Below, one piece after another: positions 39,686 through 48,650 of a stretch of DNA of 64,000 nucleotides; within the stretch, counting starts at the first letter, position 1, and each line of letters begins with the position of its first letter. The DNA comes from an uncultured Gammaproteobacteria bacterium (GTDB lineage: Bacteria; Patescibacteriota; Microgenomatia; UBA10105; UBA927), in NCBI GenBank assembly GCA_964629685.1, contig CAZVTT010000001.1, positions 577,319-641,318 on the forward strand, written 5' to 3'. A program made the position numbers and the translations under genes. The notes beneath the pieces were generated by a model. The model searched no databases. It saw only the letters and a program-made list of their open reading frames with translations, and was not told the origin of the DNA.

Positions 39686-40609
39686 CTAGAAATGAAAGAA
39701 TAGTACGACTATTAACGGAATATAACATAATGCAAAAATGGTGCTAAGAAAAACCGCGAGTGCAGCTTTTTCCGGTTGTGCTTTTAGCTCTGTTGCATAA
39801 GCTACGGTATTTGCGGCAAGGGGAACAATAGACATAAGTATCATGACCTGGTGTATTTCCGGCGTATAGAGATGTAAGAATTGGTTATCTAAAAAAATTA
39901 TTAATAGTATAACTGCAGGCCAGATAATGAACTTTGCCAGAAACGTAAGACCCAGGAATACATAATCGAAAGAGTATTTTCCGAAACTGGCGAGTCCCAG
40001 CCCTATTAGCATCATTCCTAGTATGGTGTACGCACCGCGGAAGCTAATGATGATATCGGTGTAAATCTGTCCGAAAGAAATACCTAAGATGTTCGCTGCG
40101 AGACCAAGGAAGAACGCGTAGAGCGTAGGAAGTTTTATTACTTTCTGAAGTGCATCGTGTGCGGTGTAGTTTCCTTTTGCGGTTATAAAAAACCCCAGTG
40201 AATTTTCATAGAGAATTATTCCCAGAATAGATAGCACTACCAGACCCACTACCGTTTCATTGAAAATGGCTATCGCTACCGGTAACCCGAAATATCCTAC
40301 ATTTGCTGCACCCGCAGTAAACGCCAATATGTTTTTCGTGCTGTCTTTCCAAAAGATTTTACCTATCGTTAGAAAAGAAATTGCCAGGGCTGAGGCGACG
40401 GTGAAAAACAGGAATGGGAGAGATAACGCACCCACAGTAATTTTGGTAGTAAGTGCACCGTTAAAAACGATTATGGGAGCAATAATATAAATGAGTAATG
40501 GAGCAATTGATTCCTTTTTTACCTTTAGAACTTTACCGGCCACAAATCCGAGCAAAATAATAATATAGAGGGGAATGAGTTTAAATAACAACGTAAAGAA
40601 AATTTCCAT
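39686..40609 (-). CDS. auxin efflux carrier (AEC) family transporter
   Basis: Length 307 aa with 8-10 TM helices. N-terminus MEIFFTLLFKLIPLYIIILLGFVAGK resembles AEC/membrane transport family proteins. Confidence 0.7.
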   Translation of the reverse strand: MEIFFTLLFKLIPLYIIILLGFVAGKVLKVKKESIAPLLIYIIAPIIVFNGALTTKITVGALSLPFLFFTVASALAISFLTIGKIFWKDSTKNILAFTAGAANVGYFGLPVAIAIFNETVVGLVVLSILGIILYENSLGFFITAKGNYTAHDALQKVIKLPTLYAFFLGLAANILGISFGQIYTDIIISFRGAYTILGMMLIGLGLASFGKYSFDYVFLGLTFLAKFIIWPAVILLIIFLDNQFLHLYTPEIHQVMILMSIVPLAANTVAYATELKAQPEKAALAVFLSTIFALCYIPLIVVLFFHF

Positions 40610-40664
40610 TCTTTATTATAAATCTTTTTTCCGCCTCTAGCCATTTATTTGTAAACTGTGACGG

Positions 40665-41040
40665 AGAAGTGGTGGATTTATAATTCGATCGGAAATGTCG
40701 CACATTCATAATTTGGAATTGACGTGAAAAACTCAGGTGTACTCAATATATGCGTTGCAGACGACTATCTTGTACTGAGTTGAACCGGAGCTGTAAGCTG
40801 TTGAGTAAATGGTTTGCACTTTTTGGTTCGATAGCTGCGGTGATTATGTTAGCATTCACAGAATATCTACTTGTTGAATGGCTGGTCTAGCTGTGGCCTA
40901 TTATTGTCGGAGCATGTCTTTTGTGTACCTCCTGGTAAGCGATGTACTAGCGGATTTTCAAGTGAAAGTACAATATGGAAGCAATTATGGACTTTAATGT
41001 GAATTAGTTTACATGCATACGGAAAGGAATCGAACCTTAT
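40665..41040 (+). repeat. direct repeat copy 1 (about 380 bp): decayed copy of a promoter/leader/small-ORF unit
   Basis: About 70-75% identical to 48171-48550 across its full length. The ORF is interrupted by an in-frame TAG and indels relative to copy 2. Confidence 0.8.
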
Positions 41041-41055
41041 CTTACGTAATTCGGA

Positions 41056-41376
41056 CTATCTGTATAGGAAAAAATTAAGTAAAAGAGTAGTAATTATATA
41101 AACTGAAAGTAGAAAAATAGTTCGTCTACCAACCGAAAGTATTATTTTTTTAGACGTATCTTCTTCGTTCGTTTCTAAACAGCCTAGAAGTTTTGAAAAG
41201 TTAAATAATAAACTTGAGAATGCAAATGCTACCAGGAGGCCGATTACAAAAGAAAGTGGACGTTTCTGTGGTAAATACTGCATGCCAACAACACCTTGTG
41301 CAATTCCGATAAATTGAAGAAAAAGGTAAAAATTAGCTGTGCCAATGCCGAATAAAAATAATTCATTTTTTTTCAT
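41056..41376 (-). CDS. small membrane protein (106 aa, 3 TM)
   Basis: Hydrophobic segments are separated by an acidic TNEEDTSKK loop. Confidence 0.45.
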   Translation of the reverse strand: MKKNELFLFGIGTANFYLFLQFIGIAQGVVGMQYLPQKRPLSFVIGLLVAFAFSSLLFNFSKLLGCLETNEEDTSKKIILSVGRRTIFLLSVYIITTLLLNFFLYR

Positions 41377-41414
41377 TTTTCTTTTTCTCCTTTAGCCATA
41401 TCGCAATTGTTGAC

Positions 41415-43571
41415 GTGCTAACACCTGAAGAAATAATTAACAGCTGTATAAGTTCATGGATATTCCCTGAACATATAATGCCGGTTGAGCAAACAGGAGC
41501 GTTTAATACTCCACAGAGTAGACACATATGGGTAAAGAATACCACTGCGGGTAGATGTATACAAACAGGAGATAGTGTTAATTCAGTAATGCAACTAACT
41601 TGCATAATATGGTATAATATCTGGATGCTCCTGCAGAATTTAATAAAGAGCGTAAAACAACATCCGAATACGCAAATTGGGTTTTTTGCCGGTATAGCTC
41701 TGGAGCTTTTACATGAGACGAAACTATCTTCTCTGTTGTCTCATGGTTTGGAAATTCATAAACGATTAGAACAGCTCGCAGATGAAAAGGATAGTAGGAA
41801 AATTTTTAAACCTGATTCACGACATTGGGAGGCGTTACTTGAGTCTTTAGCGTATTCCCAGCAGAAAATACTATCTTGTCCGGAGTTGGATGAACATGTG
41901 TTCTTTTTAGCTGCTTTGAAGGGTCTAGAAGATTGTCATGAGTTGGTCGGGTATAAAAGTATTTTACAGGAGATTCTGGAAAAACAACTTCATAAACTTG
42001 AAAAAACCGGTTTATCAATTCCATTGATCGGCAGAGATAAAGAACAAGAAGAAGTGGCCAGAATACTAAATCGAACTTTCAGGAGCAATGCGTTACTAAC
42101 CGGTCCGATCGGAGTGGGTAAAACAACCCTTGCTCAGAGTATCGCAAATAAATTTCCACATTTTCACATGGTTCAGTTATTCCCCGGTAACACTCATTTT
42201 ATGGAGCAGGTAGTAACGCTTATTTCAAATATTCCTGAAAATAAGAAAATTCTTTTTTTCCTTGATGAGTTGTTTACCTTTGATGTAACACAATTAAAGT
42301 ATCTTATCGATAATTCTCAGATCATAGCAACAGCAAATGATGCTTCTTATAGGAAATTTATGAGTGATTATCCTGCCATTACTTCAAAATTTGAAATCAT
42401 TAGTTTAGAAGAGCCACCCAGACAAGAAGTGTTAACAATACTTCAGGGACATACAGTACGTCTAACGAATGTAAATCATATTACGTGGGAGTCTCACGTT
42501 TCTGAAGAACTTTATGATCTAGCAAAAAATTATCTTCCTAACCCTGCATTTCCGGCAAAAGGCATTACGCTTCTGGAAGAAAGTGCGTATCTTACAAAAC
42601 AAAAGAAAAGAAATATGGTTACCGTAGACGACGTCAGAACTATTATTGCACAACGGGCAAATATCCCAATTTCGTCCGTTAGTGATTTTGATAAAAAAGA
42701 ACTGGGGAACTTAGCTGAAAATCTACAGCATAGAGTTAAAGGTCAAATTGAAGCAATACAAAAAGTTAGTCAGACTATTCAAAGATCCAGATTGGGATTG
42801 TCTAAGTCAAATAAACCTATTGGCTCATTTCTATTTATCGGGCCGTCCGGAGTGGGCAAAACGGAGCTTGCAAAAGCTATAGCAGCAGAAATTTTCGGTG
42901 ATGTAGATGCCATGGTTAGGCTGGATATGTCTGAATTTGCAGAAAGCCATATGGTACAGCGATTAATCGGATCTCCGCCTGGATATGTCGGATTTGAAGA
43001 AGGCGGGCAGCTTACCAATCCCATTAAGGCAAAACCGTATAGCTTAGTTCTATTGGATGAAATAGAAAAAGCACATCCCAGAGTCTTTGATATATTCCTT
43101 CAAGTGCTGGATGATGGCCGATTAACTGATGGTCAAGGGAAAAAAGTTGATTTTCGTCATACTATTGTGGTTGCCACCAGTAACGCTGGACTTGAAGATA
43201 TCCTTGATTTATTAGCAGAAGGTAAAAAAGCACAAGAGATAGAAAAAGAAGTAAAAGAGGTTCTTTCGGATTATTTCAGACTTGAATTTCTCAATAGATT
43301 TGATCATATTATTGTCTTTAATGCATTAAATGCTAATGCCCTTGTCGAAATAGGTAAACTACATATCACCAGGCTAGCTTTGGAATTAAAGAAAAGAGAT
43401 ATCACGCTAACTGTTTCAGAAGAAACACTTATGCAGCTTGCCCGTCAGGCAGATGATCCCCGATACGGAGCTAGAGGTATCATCAGGAATATTCAGGATA
43501 CTATAGAATCTTCTATTGCAGATATGATTATTAAAGGTAATATCTCTTCCGGACAGACTATCGCTTTTTAG
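41415..43571 (+). CDS. ClpA/ClpC-like two-domain AAA+ ATPase with degenerate D1
   Basis: Two Clp_N-like repeats (IGFFAGIALELLHE..., HVFFLAALKGLEDCHE...). D1 has Walker A GPIGVGKTT but an atypical Walker B ILFFLDELF. D2 is canonical (GPSGVGKTELAKAIA, LVLLDEIEKAHPRVFDIFLQVLDDGRLTDGQGK, VVATSNAG). No M-domain. No ClpP-binding IGF/L loop seen. The start is uncertain, between 41415 and about 41625. Confidence 0.7.
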   Translation: MLTPEEIINSCISSWIFPEHIMPVEQTGAFNTPQSRHIWVKNTTAGRCIQTGDSVNSVMQLTCIIWYNIWMLLQNLIKSVKQHPNTQIGFFAGIALELLHETKLSSLLSHGLEIHKRLEQLADEKDSRKIFKPDSRHWEALLESLAYSQQKILSCPELDEHVFFLAALKGLEDCHELVGYKSILQEILEKQLHKLEKTGLSIPLIGRDKEQEEVARILNRTFRSNALLTGPIGVGKTTLAQSIANKFPHFHMVQLFPGNTHFMEQVVTLISNIPENKKILFFLDELFTFDVTQLKYLIDNSQIIATANDASYRKFMSDYPAITSKFEIISLEEPPRQEVLTILQGHTVRLTNVNHITWESHVSEELYDLAKNYLPNPAFPAKGITLLEESAYLTKQKKRNMVTVDDVRTIIAQRANIPISSVSDFDKKELGNLAENLQHRVKGQIEAIQKVSQTIQRSRLGLSKSNKPIGSFLFIGPSGVGKTELAKAIAAEIFGDVDAMVRLDMSEFAESHMVQRLIGSPPGYVGFEEGGQLTNPIKAKPYSLVLLDEIEKAHPRVFDIFLQVLDDGRLTDGQGKKVDFRHTIVVATSNAGLEDILDLLAEGKKAQEIEKEVKEVLSDYFRLEFLNRFDHIIVFNALNANALVEIGKLHITRLALELKKRDITLTVSEETLMQLARQADDPRYGARGIIRNIQDTIESSIADMIIKGNISSGQTIAF

Positions 43572-43840
43572 TGAGGAATTTCCCATATATTTTTTCCAAA
43601 CTCCCTGCTTTGTTTATATTGATGTCTAGCTTCTTTGCTTGTTTTCCCCGTGGCAATAAAAAATCCCAGTCTTTTTTTCCCATTCTGATCGATTCTTCTT
43701 TCCCAACCAGCGTAGACGATTTCCTGTATTAAAGGAAAAATTACGGTGAGAAACTCTTGGAATTGTTCCGGGGTGAAAGTATATGGAAATTTTCGTGGTG
43801 TAAACGGGCGCATGAATATACGCGGGGATTTTATTCGCAT
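43568..43840 (-). CDS. hypothetical protein (90 aa), last gene of minus-strand operon
   Basis: Starts 4 nt after the stop of the 961-aa gene. An alternative 72-aa frame (43626-43844) also exists. Confidence 0.3.
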   Translation of the reverse strand: MRIKSPRIFMRPFTPRKFPYTFTPEQFQEFLTVIFPLIQEIVYAGWERRIDQNGKKRLGFFIATGKTSKEARHQYKQSREFGKNIWEIPH

Positions 43841-43843
43841 ACA

Positions 43844-46729
43844 TTATGCAGCTTGCCTTGATAAGCTACGTAGATGAGTTTGGGCAATTTGACGAAATAC
43901 ATCCGAATCATACCAGGATTGCACAATAACTGCTGCATTCACCATCTTGCCATTTCTTTTGCCGATCGGTCTAGAATCAGTTGGTTCTTCGTCTGTCATT
44001 ACACTTCTTCTCTTCTGAGGCTTTGGACGAAATATGTCTTGTTGCCTTTGTTCATGTGTTCCAACTTCGTGTATAGCTGGTGTAAACGCAATATCTCTCT
44101 GAGTTTGTGTAACCGAACGTTTTTGCTGAGAACCAGCGGCTTCAGAATTTGGAGTCGAAACGACCGATCGTTTTTTGGAATGGATATGCTTTAAACTAGC
44201 TCTGGCAGGTGTTTCCACATACTCGCGTGGAGAATCTATATGATCATTGACTGTAACGACATTTTTTTGAACGACAGCTTGTGTACGACTATGTAAAGAT
44301 GTGGTACCAGTTCTAAATCTCTCTAGAGTACTATTTTGAATTGATTGATGATGCGTCTGTGAATCCGGTACAAAATTACTTTCTGTTACCGTTACTGGAT
44401 TTAGGTGAGTAGCTGTATGAATTGACCTCCTGCGTTGTCTCTTGAAGGAAGGTACCTGAACACTGACACCATTCCCTGTCTCGGAATTATGTTCCATCGT
44501 TTGGGCAATTCTGTCTTGTGGGACTTTGATCACTATGCTTCCTGCATCATCTGCACCAAATCCGGTTTGAGTTGGTTCTCTGGTTTCCTCTATAGGAATG
44601 GAAATGGTTAAATCGCTATCGTTTCCGCCATCGCCAATGGTATTCTCAGGAAAATCTGTCGGAAAGGTTGAACTATCATGTGTGTTAGACACCGTCGTAT
44701 TGCTCGTATTTCCGACACTAGCTTCTGGAGGTCTGGATATAAGTTGTATCGGCCTAGCACTTAAAGGAATATTCTGGGGATTCTTCCTGCGTGAATCCAA
44801 AAGTGACAGTGCTCTCCGAAACCTTGGTGAAACAACGGAATCCGAATAGGATTCGTTCAGTCTACGTCCATTGGGTTGGTTAGTCGTTTGAGAAAATCGT
44901 GCACGTTTTTCTGGTGGTTTTTGTTTTCGTCCTGGTCTCTCAAGTCTTTCCGAAATAAATACCCCGCTATTCGCAACGGGGATACTTCCTTGTCCCATTT
45001 CTCTCACTTCCGTAGTATCTTGTACGGGAGCAACTGTATTGTCCACGGTACCTTGTTGTATTAAAACAGCGCTCATGACGGTATTACGCGTAGTCGGTAC
45101 TATTGGGTAGGTAGTATCCAATGAATCAGATAGTGGTATATTTCCCCCTGCTGTGGTTGTTTGCGGGGTGTCTTCGAATATTCGTGGATCACCTAATACT
45201 TGTTCTTCTAATCGTAAACTCAGGCTAGGTGGTGCGCTGATATTTTCCTGGGCATTGTGTTCAATATTTACCTGATCCCGGTTTTCTTCTATTTTTAACG
45301 ATTGAAGTCGTTCCATCAGTTTTTCTGCCTGAATGTCGTGAACTGCATCTTGCAGAGGAGTATGGACCGGACAGGGATCAAAGATAACTTCAATTTCTCC
45401 ATTTGGTCCGATAACTTCACGGAATCCTCCATGATAGTAATCAGGATCGTGTTCGCCTAATTCCATATACGGTCGGTGGATAAAGAAAAAGTGTAATTCG
45501 TTTAAACGGGAAACAATTTCCGTAATATCAGAAATGTCTGCAGGTTTTTCTCCTGGTCTAGTAACACGCTCCATACCTATCGCCAAAAGGAGTTGAATTT
45601 CCTCCGGTTTTAGGGCACGTAATTGTTCACGGGTGAGGCGTTTTAAAGACTCTACGTTTTCTTCTGCACGACGTATGTCTGCCTCCACAATAGTTGTGTT
45701 ATGGTACAGAGATAGTATCCGGATAATATAATCTGAATTTACTGATTCGGTATTTTTTTGTCTGGCTTCATGAAGTAAATTGGTAAAAATATCCGATTCG
45801 CGTTTATTTGACTTCCAAACTAATGTATCTTGTTGATGCTCGGGAGTATCAACAAATGGAGCCATCTTGTAGCTGCCAAGATACTGCTTTAATTGTGCAT
45901 AGTCCTGTCCTGAAATAAACGTCCGCAGTGAACTGAATGCAAGAATTTGGGAAATTTCTTCCGTAAAGCGCGTATCTGTTTCTTTAATTTGTTCTGATTT
46001 TGATTCTTGTCTTTTTTCTGCATGCTTTTCGTCTCGAATGTCATTCAGAAATAAATTTCCGATATGTGCGACGAGTTCCGTACGGGACAAACTTCTTAAT
46101 GGTCTTCCCGCAAGCGATGCTATTAGCGCTGCCCCTGCGGGAGACTCCGGCATATTAACAACGTGTTCACATAGGGTTTGTAAGTGAGCTGCTGCAAAAT
46201 TACCTGGTTCATTTTTTTCGAATAAGGCCAGGAGAACGAGTATTCTTGTTTCACCTTTATTCCATTGTGCAGGGAGATGATCTACCATAGGGGTTTCACT
46301 AAGCGGTTTGAAACATTGTTGCAATATGCTTGGGTTGTACAGGCTATATTCCTGCCCTGTCGTGGGATTAATATTCGGTGAAATTTCTGCAACGATTGCT
46401 TCCCTGAATTCGGTTGAATTTTGTGGAGGCGGATCAATTTCTAATAGTCGGTAATATTCAGAAATGATTGGGTCACGTAACGAATCGGGTTTTGATATTA
46501 AGTTCTCCGGAAAAATGGGTAATTGCGCTGGACTCAACTCATACCCTGTAAATTGTCCGAAGTCGTCATGGGTTTCAGTTCTAAAAAGGATGGTAACGGT
46601 ATCCGTATTATCCGAATCTTTATGCTCTGGTTCCGATATTTCATCCTGGTGTATGTATTGGATACGTTCTGGCATAGCTGGGTGTTTCTTCTGTAGGTTT
46701 ATTTTGCAATATGTTTGCAAAAATGTCAC
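43844..46729 (-). CDS. large hypothetical protein (961 aa) with structured N-terminal half and S/T/P/Q/N-rich disordered C-terminal half
   Basis: Uninterrupted 2.9 kb ORF. The N-terminal 480 aa has mixed, folded-like composition. The C-terminal 480 aa is low-complexity (TTVSNTHDSSTFPTDFPENTIGDGGNDSD...) with basic RR/KRR patches. Confidence 0.5.
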   Translation of the reverse strand: MTFLQTYCKINLQKKHPAMPERIQYIHQDEISEPEHKDSDNTDTVTILFRTETHDDFGQFTGYELSPAQLPIFPENLISKPDSLRDPIISEYYRLLEIDPPPQNSTEFREAIVAEISPNINPTTGQEYSLYNPSILQQCFKPLSETPMVDHLPAQWNKGETRILVLLALFEKNEPGNFAAAHLQTLCEHVVNMPESPAGAALIASLAGRPLRSLSRTELVAHIGNLFLNDIRDEKHAEKRQESKSEQIKETDTRFTEEISQILAFSSLRTFISGQDYAQLKQYLGSYKMAPFVDTPEHQQDTLVWKSNKRESDIFTNLLHEARQKNTESVNSDYIIRILSLYHNTTIVEADIRRAEENVESLKRLTREQLRALKPEEIQLLLAIGMERVTRPGEKPADISDITEIVSRLNELHFFFIHRPYMELGEHDPDYYHGGFREVIGPNGEIEVIFDPCPVHTPLQDAVHDIQAEKLMERLQSLKIEENRDQVNIEHNAQENISAPPSLSLRLEEQVLGDPRIFEDTPQTTTAGGNIPLSDSLDTTYPIVPTTRNTVMSAVLIQQGTVDNTVAPVQDTTEVREMGQGSIPVANSGVFISERLERPGRKQKPPEKRARFSQTTNQPNGRRLNESYSDSVVSPRFRRALSLLDSRRKNPQNIPLSARPIQLISRPPEASVGNTSNTTVSNTHDSSTFPTDFPENTIGDGGNDSDLTISIPIEETREPTQTGFGADDAGSIVIKVPQDRIAQTMEHNSETGNGVSVQVPSFKRQRRRSIHTATHLNPVTVTESNFVPDSQTHHQSIQNSTLERFRTGTTSLHSRTQAVVQKNVVTVNDHIDSPREYVETPARASLKHIHSKKRSVVSTPNSEAAGSQQKRSVTQTQRDIAFTPAIHEVGTHEQRQQDIFRPKPQKRRSVMTDEEPTDSRPIGKRNGKMVNAAVIVQSWYDSDVFRQIAQTHLRSLSRQAA

Positions 46730-46830
46730 GCGTGAGCGGACTATTACCTACAGAAGAAACAAGTGATCAAGACAAAAAAACAATTATTTAGTTAAATAAG
46801 TATTTTACAAGCCCATGGTCAGGAGATGTT

Positions 46831-47067
46831 TTAGAGTGTGATGTCGAAAAAACGCAGTGTTTCTTCGACGGTAGTGATTACGCCGATTCGAACAGAATAC
46901 TCGAAACCCTTTTCATCATCACTGTGATGTTGGTGGGGAATACGAGCGATTTTTTCTGTTCTGCTTTTGTTGCTTTCATCGATTCGGGCGTTCGCACCGT
47001 TTACAAGACGGGCTACGTCATCGCAGGCACAGCTTGGGACCCGTGTTCTTACTTTAAACCGAGACAT
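46831..47067 (-). CDS. hypothetical protein (78 aa), first gene of minus-strand operon
   Basis: The ORF is oriented towards the 961-aa gene and is divergent from the palindromic operator region. Confidence 0.4.
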   Translation of the reverse strand: MSRFKVRTRVPSCACDDVARLVNGANARIDESNKSRTEKIARIPHQHHSDDEKGFEYSVRIGVITTVEETLRFFDITL

Positions 47068-47239
47068 ATCTACCTCCTGATTAGCGGACCTTTCATCTCT
47101 TGACCATGGGAATTCTGGAAAGATAATATCTACCCAAAATCCTCATGGTAAGAAATGATGGAGTGTAATTGAATTTTGTCTTGTTAATGTGCGTTTCAAA
47201 AAACGAAATAAAAGAGCAAATTCTTTTTTCTCGTATATT

Positions 47240-47292
47240 TGCAACTAAGTTGCATTATAGTATAGGCGGATAATTAATGCAAATAAGTTGCA
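47240..47292. promoter_or_regulatory. pair of 15-bp palindromic operator-like sites in a divergent intergenic region
   Basis: TGCAAC-TAA-GTTGCA at 47240-47254 is a perfect palindrome. TGCAAA-TAA-GTTGCA at 47278-47292 has one mismatch. Centres are about 38 bp apart, between the 78-aa gene (minus) and the methyltransferase gene (plus). Confidence 0.55.
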
Positions 47293-47397
47293 AATACTAT
47301 GGGTCCGTTTATAAGCTTAAGATTTAATAGTATTTTTGGAGATCAAATAGACAAAGGTGAGGGGATAATGTAGTAGTCGCGAGTATATATACAGTAT

Positions 47398-48042
47398 ATG
47401 AGTGTGAATAAAAATATGACTGCAGATAAAAATGTAACCTCGCGAAGTTATTCTGCTTATGCAGCGTATTCTGCACAAAACAGGAAAACGTTTTTTACGG
47501 AGTTTGACGATACTTTTCTTAAACTCTTTTTATCGTATGTACCACCTGAGGGGAACATACTCGACGCCGGATGCGGTACCGGATATGTATTGTCACTATT
47601 TATTGATAAGCATTTTAGAGCTATGGGAATAGATACGTCACGAGGTATGTTGCAGGAATCTGCTCTCCGAATACCTAAAACGAAGCTACAGTTGATGAGC
47701 GTAGACAATATTACGTTTTCTGATAACACATTTGATGGCGTCTACTGCAGATATGTTGTTCATCATCTAAAAAATATAGGCAAAGGATTGCATGAGTTAG
47801 TTCGGGTTACAAAACCAGAAGGTATCGTATATATAAGCACACATGTTTGTACTCAAACGGATAAAAAGTCTTTTTGGTTTACTTTGCCGAATAATGCCGG
47901 AAAGGTATACCTTAATCTGTTGTCGAAAGAAGCGGTTTTGGATAGCATAAGAAATTTTGCTTTGGATATCCTTGACGTTGCGGTTACAAATCACAGTTCG
48001 GATTTACCAGGCCTGCATGTGTTGGCAAAAAAATGTCGGTAA
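47398..48042 (+). CDS. class I SAM-dependent methyltransferase
   Basis: Motif I ILDAGCGTGYVLSLF. Length 214 aa. Confidence 0.65.
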   Translation: MSVNKNMTADKNVTSRSYSAYAAYSAQNRKTFFTEFDDTFLKLFLSYVPPEGNILDAGCGTGYVLSLFIDKHFRAMGIDTSRGMLQESALRIPKTKLQLMSVDNITFSDNTFDGVYCRYVVHHLKNIGKGLHELVRVTKPEGIVYISTHVCTQTDKKSFWFTLPNNAGKVYLNLLSKEAVLDSIRNFALDILDVAVTNHSSDLPGLHVLAKKCR

Positions 48043-48161
48043 AACCGATATGAAGGAAAAGTGAAGACCTTTATCAGGTTAACGTATAAAAATTAAATTA
48101 CCAGCCTCCCGCTAAGCTCTTTCGTTTTAGAATCAACATACATTAGCCGGTTTGTTATATA

Positions 48162-48190
48162 TTGCAGGGAACAAGGGGTGGATTTATAAT
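48162..48190 (+). promoter_or_regulatory. sigma-70 promoter inside repeat copy 2
   Basis: TTGCAG, a 17-nt spacer, then TATAAT. The -10 region is conserved in copy 1 (GGTGGATTTATAAT). Confidence 0.55.
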
Positions 48191-48550
48191 CCGATCGAAT
48201 GTGTTGCACATTAATAGTTTAGGGAAGACTCAATAAACTCAGTTGTGTCCAACATAAGCGTTGAATACGACTATCGTTTATTGAGTTGAACTGGAGATGT
48301 ATGATGTTGATCATATGGTTTGCGTTTCTTGGTCCTATAGTTGCAGTGATTGTGTTAGCCTTCACTGAATCTGAGCTTCTGGCATGGCTGGTTTATCTGT
48401 GGCCTGTTATAGTCGGAGCATTGTCGTTCCTGAGCTTCCTAATTAGCGATGTAAGAAGCGGATCGTCGAGCGATAGTACAAATGGAAGCAATTACGGACC
48501 TTAATGTGAAATAGCCTATGAGCATACGGAAAGGAAAAACCTCATCGTAT
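48171..48550 (+). repeat. direct repeat copy 2 (about 380 bp): intact promoter/leader/small-ORF unit
   Basis: Homologous to 40665-41040. Contains leader stem CTCAATAAAC (48229-48238) / GTTTATTGAG (48276-48285), which abuts the start codon. Confidence 0.8.
48286..48504 (+). CDS. small membrane protein (2 TM, Ser-rich tail), intact paralog of the decayed ORF in repeat copy 1
   Basis: ORF begins at TTG 48286; ATG at 48301 is an alternative. The protein is hydrophobic with an ...SGSSSDSTNGSNYGP tail. Confidence 0.4.
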   Translation: MNWRCMMLIIWFAFLGPIVAVIVLAFTESELLAWLVYLWPVIVGALSFLSFLISDVRSGSSSDSTNGSNYGP

Positions 48551-48598
48551 ATCAACTAATCGTATACTCTAACACCGGTATCGTTTCTCTACAGTATA

Positions 48599-48650
48599 AT
48601 GCCTATCTAGGTCGTGCCATTCATAGACTTACATAGGCATTTTTTTTTTA
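48599..48650 (+). terminator. rho-independent terminator after the small membrane protein gene
   Basis: ATGCCTAT-N26-ATAGGCAT followed by TTTTTTTTTT. Confidence 0.6.

Noticed and set aside
40990-41050. A minus-strand T-arm-like sequence AAAGG-TTCGATT-CCTTT at the end of repeat copy 1, suggesting a tRNA.
   Set aside because: No acceptor-stem complement, D-arm or anticodon arm can be built around it. The homologous position in copy 2 is degenerate.
48175-48200. GGGGTGGATTTATAATCCGATCG at the start of repeat copy 2 (and GTGGTGGATTTATAATTCGATCGG in copy 1) resembles the 5' end of tmRNA (GGGGCUGAUUCUGGAUUCGACGGG).
   Set aside because: No tRNA-like 3' end (T-loop, acceptor, CCA) is present on the plus strand downstream in either copy. 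The conserved block is better explained as the -10 element (TATAAT) of a promoter, with a -35 TTGCAG 17 nt upstream in copy 2.
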